DNA of 64,000 nt from Vitrella brassicaformis CCMP3155 (lineage: Eukaryota > Protista > Chromerida): positions 164,310 through 228,309 of the forward strand of contig CDMY01000989.1 in assembly GCA_001179505.1 (NCBI GenBank), in the 5' to 3' direction. Under the pieces are notes generated by a model that was not told where the DNA came from, did no database searches, and worked only from the letters and a program-made list of their open reading frames with translations. Below are positions 13,587-24,969 of this stretch, one piece after another; positions within the stretch are counted from its first letter, which is position 1, and the number at the start of each line of letters is the position of its first letter. The position numbers and the translations under genes are program-made.

Positions 13587-16500
13587 ACCGCTCTCTTGAG
13601 TGGCCCCTTGAGTTTGCCGAGGGTCTTGAGTGCATCCGCGTCACGGAGCAGATCGTTGCTGTCATCCTCTGACCACACGCACACACACGCACCGATGCAT
13701 GGCGATTCGTGTGTGTGGATGCCCCAGCACACTGACCAGCAAAGACGTCGAAGAGCGCATCGAGGAGTTCAACGAGGACGAGTGTGGGCGTCTTGCTGTC
13801 GGCCGCACACTCCAACACAATCCACAGAAACCGCTGAATAAACGAACCAGTGGCCGACACACAGAGATGAATCTCCTTGGCGTGTGTATCCGTCTGCTAT
13901 CCATGCCTGTCTGAGTGCCCTGTTGGGGTGGGTGACGTTGGCCGCGTTGAGCAGAACGTTGACCACACCAAAACACGCAGACCCCTACACAACACAACAC
14001 AGACGCACACAGAGAGAGATACCCACACAGACAGCTAAATATTGCGTGAGACGAGACTGCCACACCAACCAAACCAGCTGACCTGCACTTGAGCGTTCTT
14101 CCACATGGAGCTGACGTCTTCGCTGCTGCCGTCATGGGACCGCTCTCTCGCCCTCGACACGAACGGCTCGCGCGGCGATATGAACCACTCGAACAAACGG
14201 TCCAGCAACTGACGCAACTCATCGGCTTCGTGGGCGTCCATCTGGGGCTGCTGTGGCTGTGGCTGGGCTTGTGTCGTCGGCAGGAGGGAGGTGGCCTTCT
14301 TGGCTGCGCGCATCGTCAGCTGATAGTGTGGATGACATTGACACACACATGGCACTCACATGGTGGCTGCAGGTTTGTGTTGTTCCATGGGTACGTGTGT
14401 GGCGGCTTCCATGAGAGCGATGATGGCCATCTGCCCACACGGCGGCACTCGCACCCCCTCTGCCGTCTCGTCGGCCGCACTACTGCTGCACACACACACA
14501 CACACGCACGCACACATACGATATCGACACACACATGGACGGTGTGTGTGCGGATTCACCTGGCCGGCTGTGCCTCTGTGTCCGTCATGTCTGTCTGGTT
14601 GTCTGCGGCATCAGCAGGGGGAGCGCTGAAGTGGTGCGGTGCGGTGAGGTGGATGAAGCGCATGGCACCCGACAGACACCGGAGGGGCACATCCACAAAC
14701 CACGACAGTGAAGGGCCGGTGGTCCCTGCACCAATCAGTGCCCCACACACACACACATCCATGTGAATGGCGGACAACGCGGCGGGCTGTTACCCACCTC
14801 TGTCTGATGCCGTGAGGGCAGCGGTGAGTTGCAGTGCGGTAGCGAGGGTCTCCAAACACACAGACAGCTCCTCCCACCAATCCCTGCACATGAGGCATCC
14901 ATCCATCCATCCATCAGCCATTGAGTGCATTCCGGTAGATCTATACGTGTGCTGCGTGCAGATGGCCCGCAGCCAGGGGGCATCCAGAGAGTCGCACCAC
15001 CGCACACACGAACCACACAGCTGACGACATGACACACACAGACACATGAAGCGTGTAACAGTATCTGTGTGCTGTTGGCCGACCTCCGTGACGACGTGTT
15101 GGTCCGACTCGATGAACTGCGCCATCTGCTGCGACAGGTCTGTGCTGTCGTTGCCTCCCTCCATCGACACGTCGCCGTCATGCTCACCCTCAGTCGGCTG
15201 GGCGTCTCCTGACATTCGCACAGAGAGAGAGAGAGAGATACGCCACCAGTTGTGTCTGCTGTCTGTTTCTGTGTGCGGATGTTGCCCCCCTCCCTCACGG
15301 CTCACCAGAGATGTTGACGAGTATCTCGAGCGCCGTCTTGACTGCCTGCGCCTGCACTGCCCACTTGCCGCACTCCTACACACCATATCATCGCAGACAG
15401 CCAGTGGTTTCCCCCTCTCTCTCCGTGTGTCTCTCTGTGTGAGTATACCGTTTCCACTTCCTTGGTCCTTCCCTCCCTGGTGCCGTCCTGCATCTTCTCC
15501 CCTTTGCGCAACACCAACCCCTCACCCTCACCACCACCACCACCACCAACCGCACCACCACCCACAGCTGCCTTATCTCCTTTGCTGCCCTTGTCAGCAG
15601 GGGCTGCCGTGGCAGCACTCAGCAGGGGCTGCAGCAACACAAAGGGGTCGACAGACAGGGAACCAAACAGCAGCTGCATCGTGGTGTTGCTGAGGGCATG
15701 GGCGCCTGAGAGATTGTATAGGGCACCTGCAGACAGACAGGGAGATGTGTGTGTGGAATGTCTGAATGAACCAAGGACATCTCTACCTGTCAGCTGCACA
15801 GCGTGCAACATGCTTGTGTCGGGCGTGGTCTGCTGCTGCTGCTGCAGCCGCACGATGCACTCCTCGATCGACCGAATGCCCTCACTGCCGATGGCCGATG
15901 CCTAATCGACACATACACACACACACACACACACACAAGGGCATCCCTCAACCCTCCCTCCCCCCTGGCTGCACCAGACATGTCGACTCACCGCCTGTGG
16001 GTTGTCGTCAGTGACCACCAGCAGCAGGCCGGCCGCGGAGCCCATCACGAGGGCCTCCACACAATAGGAACCATCACCTGCAATCGACTCAGGGGGGAAG
16101 GAAGGGAGGGGCGTGCTTATGTGTGAGTGGGTGCCTTGCTCAGCTCAGCACAGCTTACCAGTGGCCAGCTGTGTGACGTTCTTCAGCAGTTGCTGCCCGC
16201 CCTCAGCCGACGATATGCGGCTCGTCACCTCGGCGAACTGACGACTACAGCCAGCAATCAGCAACCGACATGGAGAGAGCCACATCTTGCGTGTCGTCAG
16301 GTGTGTGTGGTTACCACAGGTGTCTGAGTGTGTTGAGTATGTGGTCGATGGCCAGTGAGTGCGCCGCCATGGTGTCTGCCGCAACGACCACCACGCCATC
16401 GTGCTTCACCTGACCCAAGCTCTGATGATCAACGGACGGAGAGAGAGTGAAAATGAATGGCATTTGTCTGCCTGATGTAGGGAACTCTCTCTGTGAATGG

Positions 16501-17087
16501 CAGTGCACCTCATTCATGGCGTCGATGAGGCTGTCAACGATGTTGAAGTGCTCCACCAGCTGGCGTGTCACCTTTTCTGGCGCCCATGACGTCACACCAC
16601 GGATCACCTGCACACACACACACACACACTCACACACACAGGTATAACCACGGTTGCACTCCTGTCCGGTCCGCACCAAAATAACGCAACGCACCTGCAG
16701 GGCGCCGAGGCGCACTTGTGTGTTGTCCTTGAGGAGCGGGAAGAGCATGCCCAGTGCCGATGTGTGATTGAGGAAGTAGTGGGCGGCCGGCGATGGGTCC
16801 GAGAGGATGTTGCTGAGAGCGATGCACGACAGCTCTCGCGTCCGCCAGTCGGTGCTGTTCAGCTGATGGAACCACACAGACAGCCATTAACAGCCATCCA
16901 TCCACCTCTTGTGCTTGCTGTATGGCCTTGCCTTTGTGACGATGGTCTCGTCAAAACAGTCGTGCCCTTTGGTCATGATCTCCTGCATGGCATGCTGCTC
17001 GGCCGCCTCCCGCAGGTCCTGACCCGTGACCATCGGCTGATGGGCTCCCTTGCCGGCACGACGACGCTGCCGCTGCTGCTTACCCAT
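13413..17087 (-). CDS. HEATR3: HEAT/ARM-repeat symportin HEATR3/Syo1-like (ribosomal L5/L11 import adaptor)
   Basis: Basic N-terminus MGKQQRQRRRAGKGAHQP, then LNSTDWRTRELSCIALSNIL, a central acidic loop, and C-terminal LLDALFDVFA|EDD..VADNLEAFIDYKRQHNT-TAG. These match the termini I recall for HEATR3/Syo1. Confidence 0.7.
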
Positions 17088-17630
17088 CAGAGATCTCGCT
17101 CTACTGATGGATGAATCGGGCAGACGACTGGCAGACGCGGTGGACGAGAAGAAGAACTCCGTGAAACCGCTCGACGAGAAAAAGCTCGCACAAAAAATGA
17201 ATTCTCGGCGAGACGGGACGGAGACGATGCTTGTGGAGAACACGTGGAACGAAATAGGATCCGCCGCTCTCCAAATCCTCCATTCTCCGCGGCGAGGCTC
17301 TCCTCCTTCTCCCTCTGGCTGCCGATTATTTTCCTGGTTATCTCCATCTTCATATACGGCACTAGCGGACAGCACTTCCACGGCGGCTTCTGAGGCCGGC
17401 CACTCCCCCTGCAGCATCCAGCCCAAGAACACTCCCATCCCCGGCCCCATCCAAAATGTCCTGCCCTTCGACGGCAACACCGAAATCGAGGAGGAGGCCA
17501 GCGATCATGTGAAGCGAGGAAACCGAGGACGTTCACACTGCAAGGAGCCATCAGGTAACGATTCACACCGTCAAGAAATCAAGAGCCTCGGGATTGTTCA
17601 CCGCTGCAGAGAGCGAGCCCACACAATTAA

Positions 17631-17815
17631 GCTGCTCATTCAGAGCTGCTCACTCGTCTTTATCGCGGTCTGAGAACAACTTGTCAGTCTGTGACGCTTT
17701 CGTTATTGGTTTATAGGCAGAGGAGCCGCAGAAGACAGAGGCGGCGCTGGCCGAAAATTGACAGCCCACACAACAAGAGCTGCTCATTCAGAGCTGCTCA
17801 ATCGCTGCTCAATCG
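17631..17815. repeat. 22-bp direct repeat gctgctcattcagagctgctca (17631-17652 and 17779-17800), with further gctgctca units, in the divergent intergenic region
   Basis: Read directly from the sequence between the HEATR3-like ATG (17087, -) and the OB-PARP ATG (17875, +). Confidence 0.85.
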
Positions 17816-17874
17816 CCTGCGCAGAGACGTCGACAGGAGCCGACAGGGCCCTGCAGGAGAGGAGGAGACAGTCA

Positions 17875-20041
17875 ATGGCGACGGCAACGCCATTGGACAT
17901 AGTTGGGTTGCTCACGGGGCAAGGGAGGGAGTCCAAGAAGCTGCGGGTGGCAAAGATCATCAACAAGACCCCCGCTGAGCTCAAGTAAGCAATCCACGAG
18001 AGTTATCTGCATGTGTGCATTGCCAATAGCTGACAGATGATGTATGACGGCATGCATTATGCATGCAACTGTAGCTGTAAAGTACACGACGGGAGTCGCA
18101 CCGCCTCATAGCCACCGACCTGCCGGCGGCCAAGGACATCGATAAGGGGGACTGCATAGTCATCAAAAACGTCCATGTCCGAGGCGACGGGTAGGATTCC
18201 ATTGCATGCATGCACACATGTATGATGTGTATGTGTGTGCTCAGGCCTGGCAGGCACCTGCACGCCACCGCCGCTGAGCGGCAGCCCATGCTGCTCGCCG
18301 ACCTGCGGGTCGGGCGGTCGGCGATGCAGGTCATTGAGGCCACGGTGACGTCAATGTGAGTGCCTGCAAGCACAGGATGGGATGCAGCGAGGGCTTGCGG
18401 CCGCCATTTCATTCCTTCTCTATCACCTGATGTGTCTCACTGTCCAGATCGCAGCTGGGCACCTGCAGCAACGGCAGCAGCATGTTTTTCTCTACACTAA
18501 GACAAGGGCAGGTGAGCACAGAAAGCGCTGATGACCATTCGATGTGTGTGTCGCATTCATGACTTGTGTGCTGATGTCAGGAGGAAATAAAAGGTGTGCG
18601 CCTTCGGGCAGGCCGCCACCGCACACTACAACAAGATGGCCAAGGACAAAGTAAGATGGCGACATTCACGGACACACAGGAGGCCTTGTATTTCTTTATT
18701 GGTCTGTGTGCTGTTGACAGAAATACTGCCTAGCCGACTTCACCGTCAAACACAAAAACAAGTCAACACGATTATGGACAGAGACGTGGACGCGCCATGC
18801 AACACACTGTCTGTTTCTCCTTCCTCAGGCAATACAACACGACAGGCCATCGCTACGAGATATACCTCGAGACCGACACCATCATACGAGAGTGTACGCA
18901 TCCATCACATGATATGAAGCCCCCGTTGCACGCATACACACGGATGGAACTTCATGTTCGATGTCTCACTCTGCAGGTGCCCTCCCCCAGGCTGCCCCCG
19001 CCCCACCTGCTGCTCAAGCTGCCCCAGCCCCCGCTGCCGCTGGTGGTGCTGCTGCTGGCGCCCGACGACAGCGACAGATCCATGTAGGTTCAATCCTCAA
19101 ATGCCTCTTTGCCGAAATGAGCGTCTTCTCCTTGCTCATTTCATCAGATGGTCGCCGTTGTGGCTGTCAATGGCGTTGCTGCCGCTCCCCCCGCCCTGCA
19201 GGGGCCAGGGTACGTCCTGGAGGACGTGACGGCCGCGATGGTGGCGCACATCAGCGACCTCCTGCGCCGCACTCCCATACGCACCGCCGCCATGGCCACT
19301 GCCGCCACCTTAGGGCTCCCTCCTCAACACACCGGCGTGGTGCAGACAGGGCGATCGTTGCCTGCATTTTATATCGCGGTCGGTGTACGCAACGAGCTCC
19401 GATGTTCTGAAACCGAATGCTGTAGGGGTAAGAAAGGACACGGACATAGATCCGTCGACTAATGAGTACTACATGTCCCACGGCACGATGAACAATGCAC
19501 TGTGATGCGTCGACTTGTGTGTGTCCGTACGTGTGTGCAGGGGATTTGGGGCGGCCTCGACCCACCCATGAGTAGCGGAATGCTGAGACACGCATCATAC
19601 TTTGCCACCCAGGCCTGCAAAAGGTGAGAGAAACACGTGACAACCATCAGCGCAGTCATTCATTGATGTATGTCGTGCCCACCAGTGAACTCACTCACCT
19701 TGGTGTGTGTCGATGCAGCGCACGCGTTTACGCAGCCGGGCAGAGGCGGTCTGAGGGTCATGCTGCTCTGCCGCGTGACGCTCGGCCGCCTATTCGACGC
19801 ACACGGGAATACCCGCAACGATGCGCCGGCGGCACCGCACGGCTTCGACAGCGTGCTGGCGAGGGAGGGGAGTACGGCCATCCGACTGCACCACCACGAG
19901 GTGAGCTGAGCAGCACAGACACGGACACACGCAAGCAGGGATGTGATTGACGCGATGTCCCTCTCTCTGTGTGTGCAGATGGCCGTCTACGACGTAGCCC
20001 AGTCGTATGTAGAATACCTGCTGTATTATCGTGATGTATAG
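17875..20041 (+). CDS. RPA70-like OB-fold(s) fused to a PARP-family ADP-ribosyltransferase domain; splicing unresolved at 19.3-19.55 kb, possibly disrupted
   Basis: Spliced QVIEATVTSISQLGTCSNGSSMFFSTLRQGQEEIKVCAFGQAATAHYNKMAKDK..RYEIYLETDTII resembles RPA1 DBD-A. Downstream: DPSTNEYYMSHGT, GGLDP..RHASYFATQACK, VMLLCRVTLGR and HHHE|MAVYDVAQSYVEYLLYY-TAG, the PARP catalytic motifs. Confidence 0.65.
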
Positions 20042-20942
20042 ACGGGAGAATTCCTGTGAGACGGACGTGCCGTCGATGAGTAGAGGCGACTCATCTGCAG
20101 AGGACGTGAAGTGATACGACTGTCAACGTGGCTTAGTCGCATGTACGCGTGGATGAATTGGCCGGGGACACGTTCCGCTTCATTTGATTTTTCGATTCTC
20201 AACCATTTCCTGCAACGACATTTTCAACGACATGATTCGACTGATGCTGCCGCTCAAGACTGACATCAGTCCAGGTTCGGCAGAATGCAGACAGAGACGA
20301 TAGGACAAATCATGTCTGTCTGCCTGTCTCCCACGCGCAGACGACACAGGGCGCACTCTTCTGGCCTCCTCGGCCTTCGAGATAGCTCGCGTCTCTGTAT
20401 GCTGTATACCGTCTCTGCTACGATGGGCGGCGGCCTGGTCATCAAGGGGATCTTTCTGGGGAACAAGAAGGAGTTTTCTCAGGGGTGGCGCCAGCCATCC
20501 CTTTTTACGAAGAATTACCGTCTTTTCCGTCGGGTGTGGCAGACTTATACGAGGGGCATAGATGTGGATTTCTCCCAAGTCGGCCAGGACGGAAGCCCTC
20601 CATCATCGGATGGAGACGGTGGGGGTGGAGATGGTGGGGGTGGGGGTGGTGGGGGTGGAGGCGGGGGTCCTCCGGCCACAACCACAGCTGCCGCAGCTGC
20701 CGCAGCTCCCTCAGTTGGGACGTCCTTGCAGCCGGCACCTTCGGTCTTTTGGCAAATCTACTCAACAAAACATCGATAGACCGAGCCTATAGCGTAGGCA
20801 GTGCTCCTGACAAGAGGTGAGTGAGCGAATGAGGACAGATCAGCATAGCACTGAGCACAGCACTAGTAATGTGTCGTTCACTCTGTTGTCAGGAATGGAA
20901 ACGAGCAGAAGTGTGAGGGTGATTCATACCGCACAACCCCTC

Positions 20943-21362
20943 ATTGTGCATTCCTTCCAGCTGCTGTGCTGTTGAATTCTTCGCCAGCTGCTGCTGCCAT
21001 CGTGCCGCCGTGCCTCCCAAAGGCAAGTTGCTGCACGAAGCTGATAAAATAGGTACAGAAGGACCACGAGGAGAAGCCAGATGAGAAGCCGACCCGCAGC
21101 GATGATGCACCGCATGGCTTTGTGGGATTCCTACGGTTTAGCGAGATATTCGGCTATGTTCTGCACTTCAGCGCCTGCAACCACCGCACCAACGAGCACG
21201 TCACGCTCCAGCTCGAGAGCGTCATCCCCCGTGTGTTGGACTACCCCGAGGTGACTGACGGCCAGACGCACACCAAGGGCCCCCTTTATTTTTTGTGGGT
21301 ATTCATCGACATCCTCACCATCATCTGGCGCGTCTGCCCGAAGTAAGACCTGCACAGATGCA
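20943..21362 (+). repeat. Copy A of a diverged ~400-bp repeat with coding-like content (KPDEK..HGFVGFL..NHRTNEHVTLQLESVIPRVLDYPEV..IDILTIIWRVCP); inverted relative to copy B
   Basis: Aligns by eye with the reverse complement of 32716-33112, with substitutions and indels. Confidence 0.9.
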
Positions 21363-21431
21363 TGTTGTTTTTTTCCCAGGCCACCACAATGACGGTGTGA
21401 CACTGTATGTCCCTCAGGGAAAGGCCCCATT

Positions 21432-21641
21432 GCAAGCGCAGCTATTGATGCGGCACAGAGCAGTGGCATCATCCTCGTAGACGAGATCGACAAGATCTGC
21501 AATAATCAGGTGCGTGTCGGTCAGCGTTTTCCAGGCGTGTCTCTCCACTTCATGGCCACTCATCTGTTGCGCAGGCCGGCCAGGCACTCCAGCATGCGCT
21601 GCTACCCCTGTTGGATGGCACAGACATCAAGACGAGCCTCG
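21432..21641 (+). pseudogene. Isolated two-exon fragment of an HslU/ClpX-type AAA+ ATPase (Walker B region)
   Basis: Spliced AIDAAQSSGIILVDEIDKICNNQ|AGQALQHALLPLLDGTDIKTSLG resembles HslU AVEQHGIVFIDEIDKIC..GVQRDLLPLVEG..STKHG. No Walker A or other exons are seen nearby. Confidence 0.65.
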
Positions 21642-21935
21642 GTGAGGCGGAGGACGCATTGATTTGACATCTCATTTGTGTGTCCATTCAGGTACCGAGG
21701 TGGCGTCAGTGCTCAAAACACGGCAGAGGTTGCGGAGCGCCACTACCTCTACACGACCGGGAATGGTACAGAACCGCTCAATTTGATGCGAGGAACCCAA
21801 TGATTATTCACAACAGGTTATTAATGGGTTTGTTTGACTGTGTGTGCACATTCACTGGAAAGTCCGTCCACTGGAGAGGCGGAGACTGATCGGAGAATTC
21901 TGTCAAATCAGTTGGTTGGCCTTTCTTGCGTGCAG

Positions 21936-22461
21936 TTCAGAAAGGCATCTGCGGATGGGAATTTGGTGGAGGCCTTCAAACAGTACAACAAGATGAAAGA
22001 TGACTTCGTGAGTGAGGGAGGGCATAGGTGGCGGGCAATGGTGCGACAGGAGATGGCTCTCTTGCCTGTCTGTCTGTCTGTCTGTCTGCAGGCGGCCCTC
22101 GTCGCTCTAAGAGAGACTGAAGAGGCGGAGCATTGCTAGTGACCTACTCTGTGTTGGTTCGTTCGTGCAGGGCACCAGCACACTGGCTGGCAGTGCTCCT
22201 GCAGAAGCACCGACATCATCACCAACAGCGCCAGCAGCCGACCAGCAGCAGGGTGAGCGCGTTATGTCAGCAAGTGTCTGTGCTCGAGAAAAGAGCAGGC
22301 AGAAGGAGACGAAAGATGAGTGTGTATGTGTCTCTCCGTGCGCCAGGAAGGGCTATCGCTGCCTGCTTTTTATATCGCGGTCGGTCTTATATTGGTCTTC
22401 CATCGCTGCCTATGACCTGCTGAGCAGCTCAACTGAACGGAGAGGAAGGTCGATTACGTGA
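21936..22461 (+). other. Short exon-like fragments of an unidentified gene family
   Basis: Segments RKASADGNLVEAFKQYNKMKDDF, AALVALRETEE and RKGYRCLLFISRSV have GT/AG borders and internal stops. The last shares a ~31-nt motif with 19355-19385. Confidence 0.35.
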
Positions 22462-22917
22462 GACATCGCATGGATTCGCCGTCGATGCTATATGCCGGAT
22501 CTATCTGTGAGTGCCGCGGTCGTTGTCTGATGGCGATCAGGGGCCTCATTACGCAAGTGTAAGTGACGTCTCTTTTGCTTCTTCATTGTTGGTGCACTGG
22601 ATGGTTCTTTCTTTGCTGTAAGACGTGTGTAGGAGCGTGGCCGAGGCATGGGGTGTGTGGCAGTGCTTGAGTACTTGGACGCTCGCTATGTCTTGGTGCG
22701 CTAGCTGTGACCGAGGCTTCTTTCTTTCCCTGGTGTGGACTCTTTAATTGTGTGGAAAGGTGACAGACAGTGCGGATTGATTCGATTCGCATCCATCGAT
22801 CGATCTTTACATAAGAGGTCGGAGTCAACACAAGCCACAAGCGTGTCCGTCCACCCATCTTGGTTTCACAAGCCACACACATATCCACCCACCCCACAAC
22901 ACTCGATGTGACGTCGA

Positions 22918-24661
22918 TCAAAGGCCAAAGTCCTTCCACCGGAAGTGGCGCAGCTCGAGCTTCTCAAACTCGTCAGCCTGCACGCGCCGTATGGCGGCCG
23001 CCAGGCACTCCCGCGGAGAAAACCCACACACCCTCAGCAGCTCGCCCACCACCTCCCACAACACACTCTCATCCACTTGTGGGCCGGTTTCATCATCCCG
23101 GTGGTCGCCGCCCGCACCTTCTGTCGCATCCGTCTGCACCAGAGGCAGCCTCGCGAGGATCTTCCTTCTGGTGCAGCAGATGACCTCGGCTTCGGCACTC
23201 CTGGTTGGGTGCAGCAGAGCAGCCACACAGACACCCAGAGAAGATACTTACAAGTGTGTGGATGAGTGTGTGGGTGGGTGGGTGGCTGACTTGATGAGTG
23301 CGTTCTTTCGTTTGCCGTCTTCTGGTGCGAAGAGCTGCTCCTCTCTGTCAACGAGCCACTCGTCAGCCGACACGTACTTGGGGACGAGGGCGGCCGTGAT
23401 GTTGGGGTGCAGCAGCGTACGGCGACCCAACAGATTCGTGTACACCTCCTGAACACACACACACACAGGGAGAGAGAGAGTGTGTGATCAGTGTCTGCCT
23501 GTTGTCTGCTTGCCTGTCCACCGTACCTCCTTAATTTTCGGTTGAAGCAGCCCACATTCCCTCCGGAGCCACTCGATGACTCTGTTGTAGACCAACCCAT
23601 GGTCGACCTGCCGCTTGGGCTGCTCCGACGGCAGTGGGAGGCCGGCCAGTCTTGCCTCCTCGTCCATGGCGGCCTTCTTGGCCTCCTCCCACGCGTTGCG
23701 GAAACGACCCGCCCACCGGCCCCCACCCCGCCCCTTGAGCGTCCAGGATGACGCCAACGCCAGCAGCAGGTCGGCTTCAGACTCGTACCCTAACACAGTC
23801 ATACACACATATACAAAAAAGGGTATCGCATCCATCCATCCATCCCCATCTGATCTCTCTCGGGTGTGGTGTGTGCGTGTGTCGGGAGGGGGGAGGCACC
23901 TCACCTGCTTGTCTGATAGCCGCTTTGATGACGTCATCTGCGAGTTGGGGGTTCATGGCCACGGCGACCTCCACCAAGTTGGCCCGCTCCTTCATGTCCA
24001 TCGCCTCCCACTCCTCGTCGCCCACCTCATCTCCCCCTCCCGCTCCCCCTCCCCCTTGCCGCACGGCGAACTCCCTCAGCTCCCCAAGCACCGAGTTGCG
24101 CAGCAGGAGCACGCGGCACCGGTCATGGACCTCTGGCGGCAAGCCCGTGTACATGGCCTTCATGTACCGGCTGAGCGCGATGTCGAGCAGCCGGTCGCCC
24201 AGGATGGCTCGGTTCTTGTCGTCGTCCTTGAGAGTGAGAGGGTAGATACCGCGGACATCGGCGATTTCGCTGCGGAGGTTGTCCGGGTGGATCTTCAGCG
24301 CGTGACCCACGATCTCAAACACATCCGCCTCCTGCACAGCATAACACAACATACCATACGCACCATGAGCATAGCAACTCACCTGGTCTTTGCCCTCACC
24401 CACCGTTTTGGGCTCATAGCTCTTCAGCCTGGCCATCAGGAAGCGCCGCGGCCGCCTCGCTGCTCGAGTGAGCGGCCGCCTCATGATGAGTCCGTCGACT
24501 GACCCTGATCTGCCGGTCCTCTGCAGCGGCATGAAGGCTGACAGCCACTGGGCCGCCGGGTGCGACACGCTCCACGCCAGGCGGCATAGATGGAGGGCCA
24601 GCACCCACCGGAGATGACATATGCGGTGGGTCACTGTCGGAAATCGCGGGAAAACCGACAT
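22918..24661 (-). CDS. Degenerate RNase III-domain protein with a probable bipartite plastid-targeting presequence
   Basis: KNRAILGDRLLDIAL resembles the ERLEFLGD signature. RVLLLRNSVL and KERANLVEVAVA resemble the ADxxEA motif region. The N-terminus is hydrophobic and ends WLSAFMP. Stop TGA at 22918. Confidence 0.6.
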
Positions 24662-24969
24662 CCCTCGGCAGGCGACGATCAGAAGGCTTGTCCGGTGCCC
24701 CTTCTATGCTTCTTCTGGAGGCAGATCTGCGGGTTTAGCTCGCAATTCAAGCTCGCAGTTTGTGGAAGGGGTGGTCAGGCAAAGAGCGTGGCTTTGAATT
24801 GACGACTCCCCAAGAAGCACCACACCCACAAAAGGCGCCGCAGCTGCGTATTTCAGTGTCAAGTGCGTGGTGAGTCAGGAAGCAAACACACACTCACAGA
24901 GAGAGCAAAGCCGAGAGGCGGATGGGATGAGTGTATGTATCTGGGCAGGTGTGATTGTGCAGGGTCAAG

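Noticed and set aside
17050-17673. 207-aa + strand ORF (MDESGRRLADAVDEKK..) starting ~20 nt from the HEATR3 ATG
   Set aside because: No recognisable domain, and it leaves almost no room for the divergent promoter or UTR. It cannot be supported without expression data.
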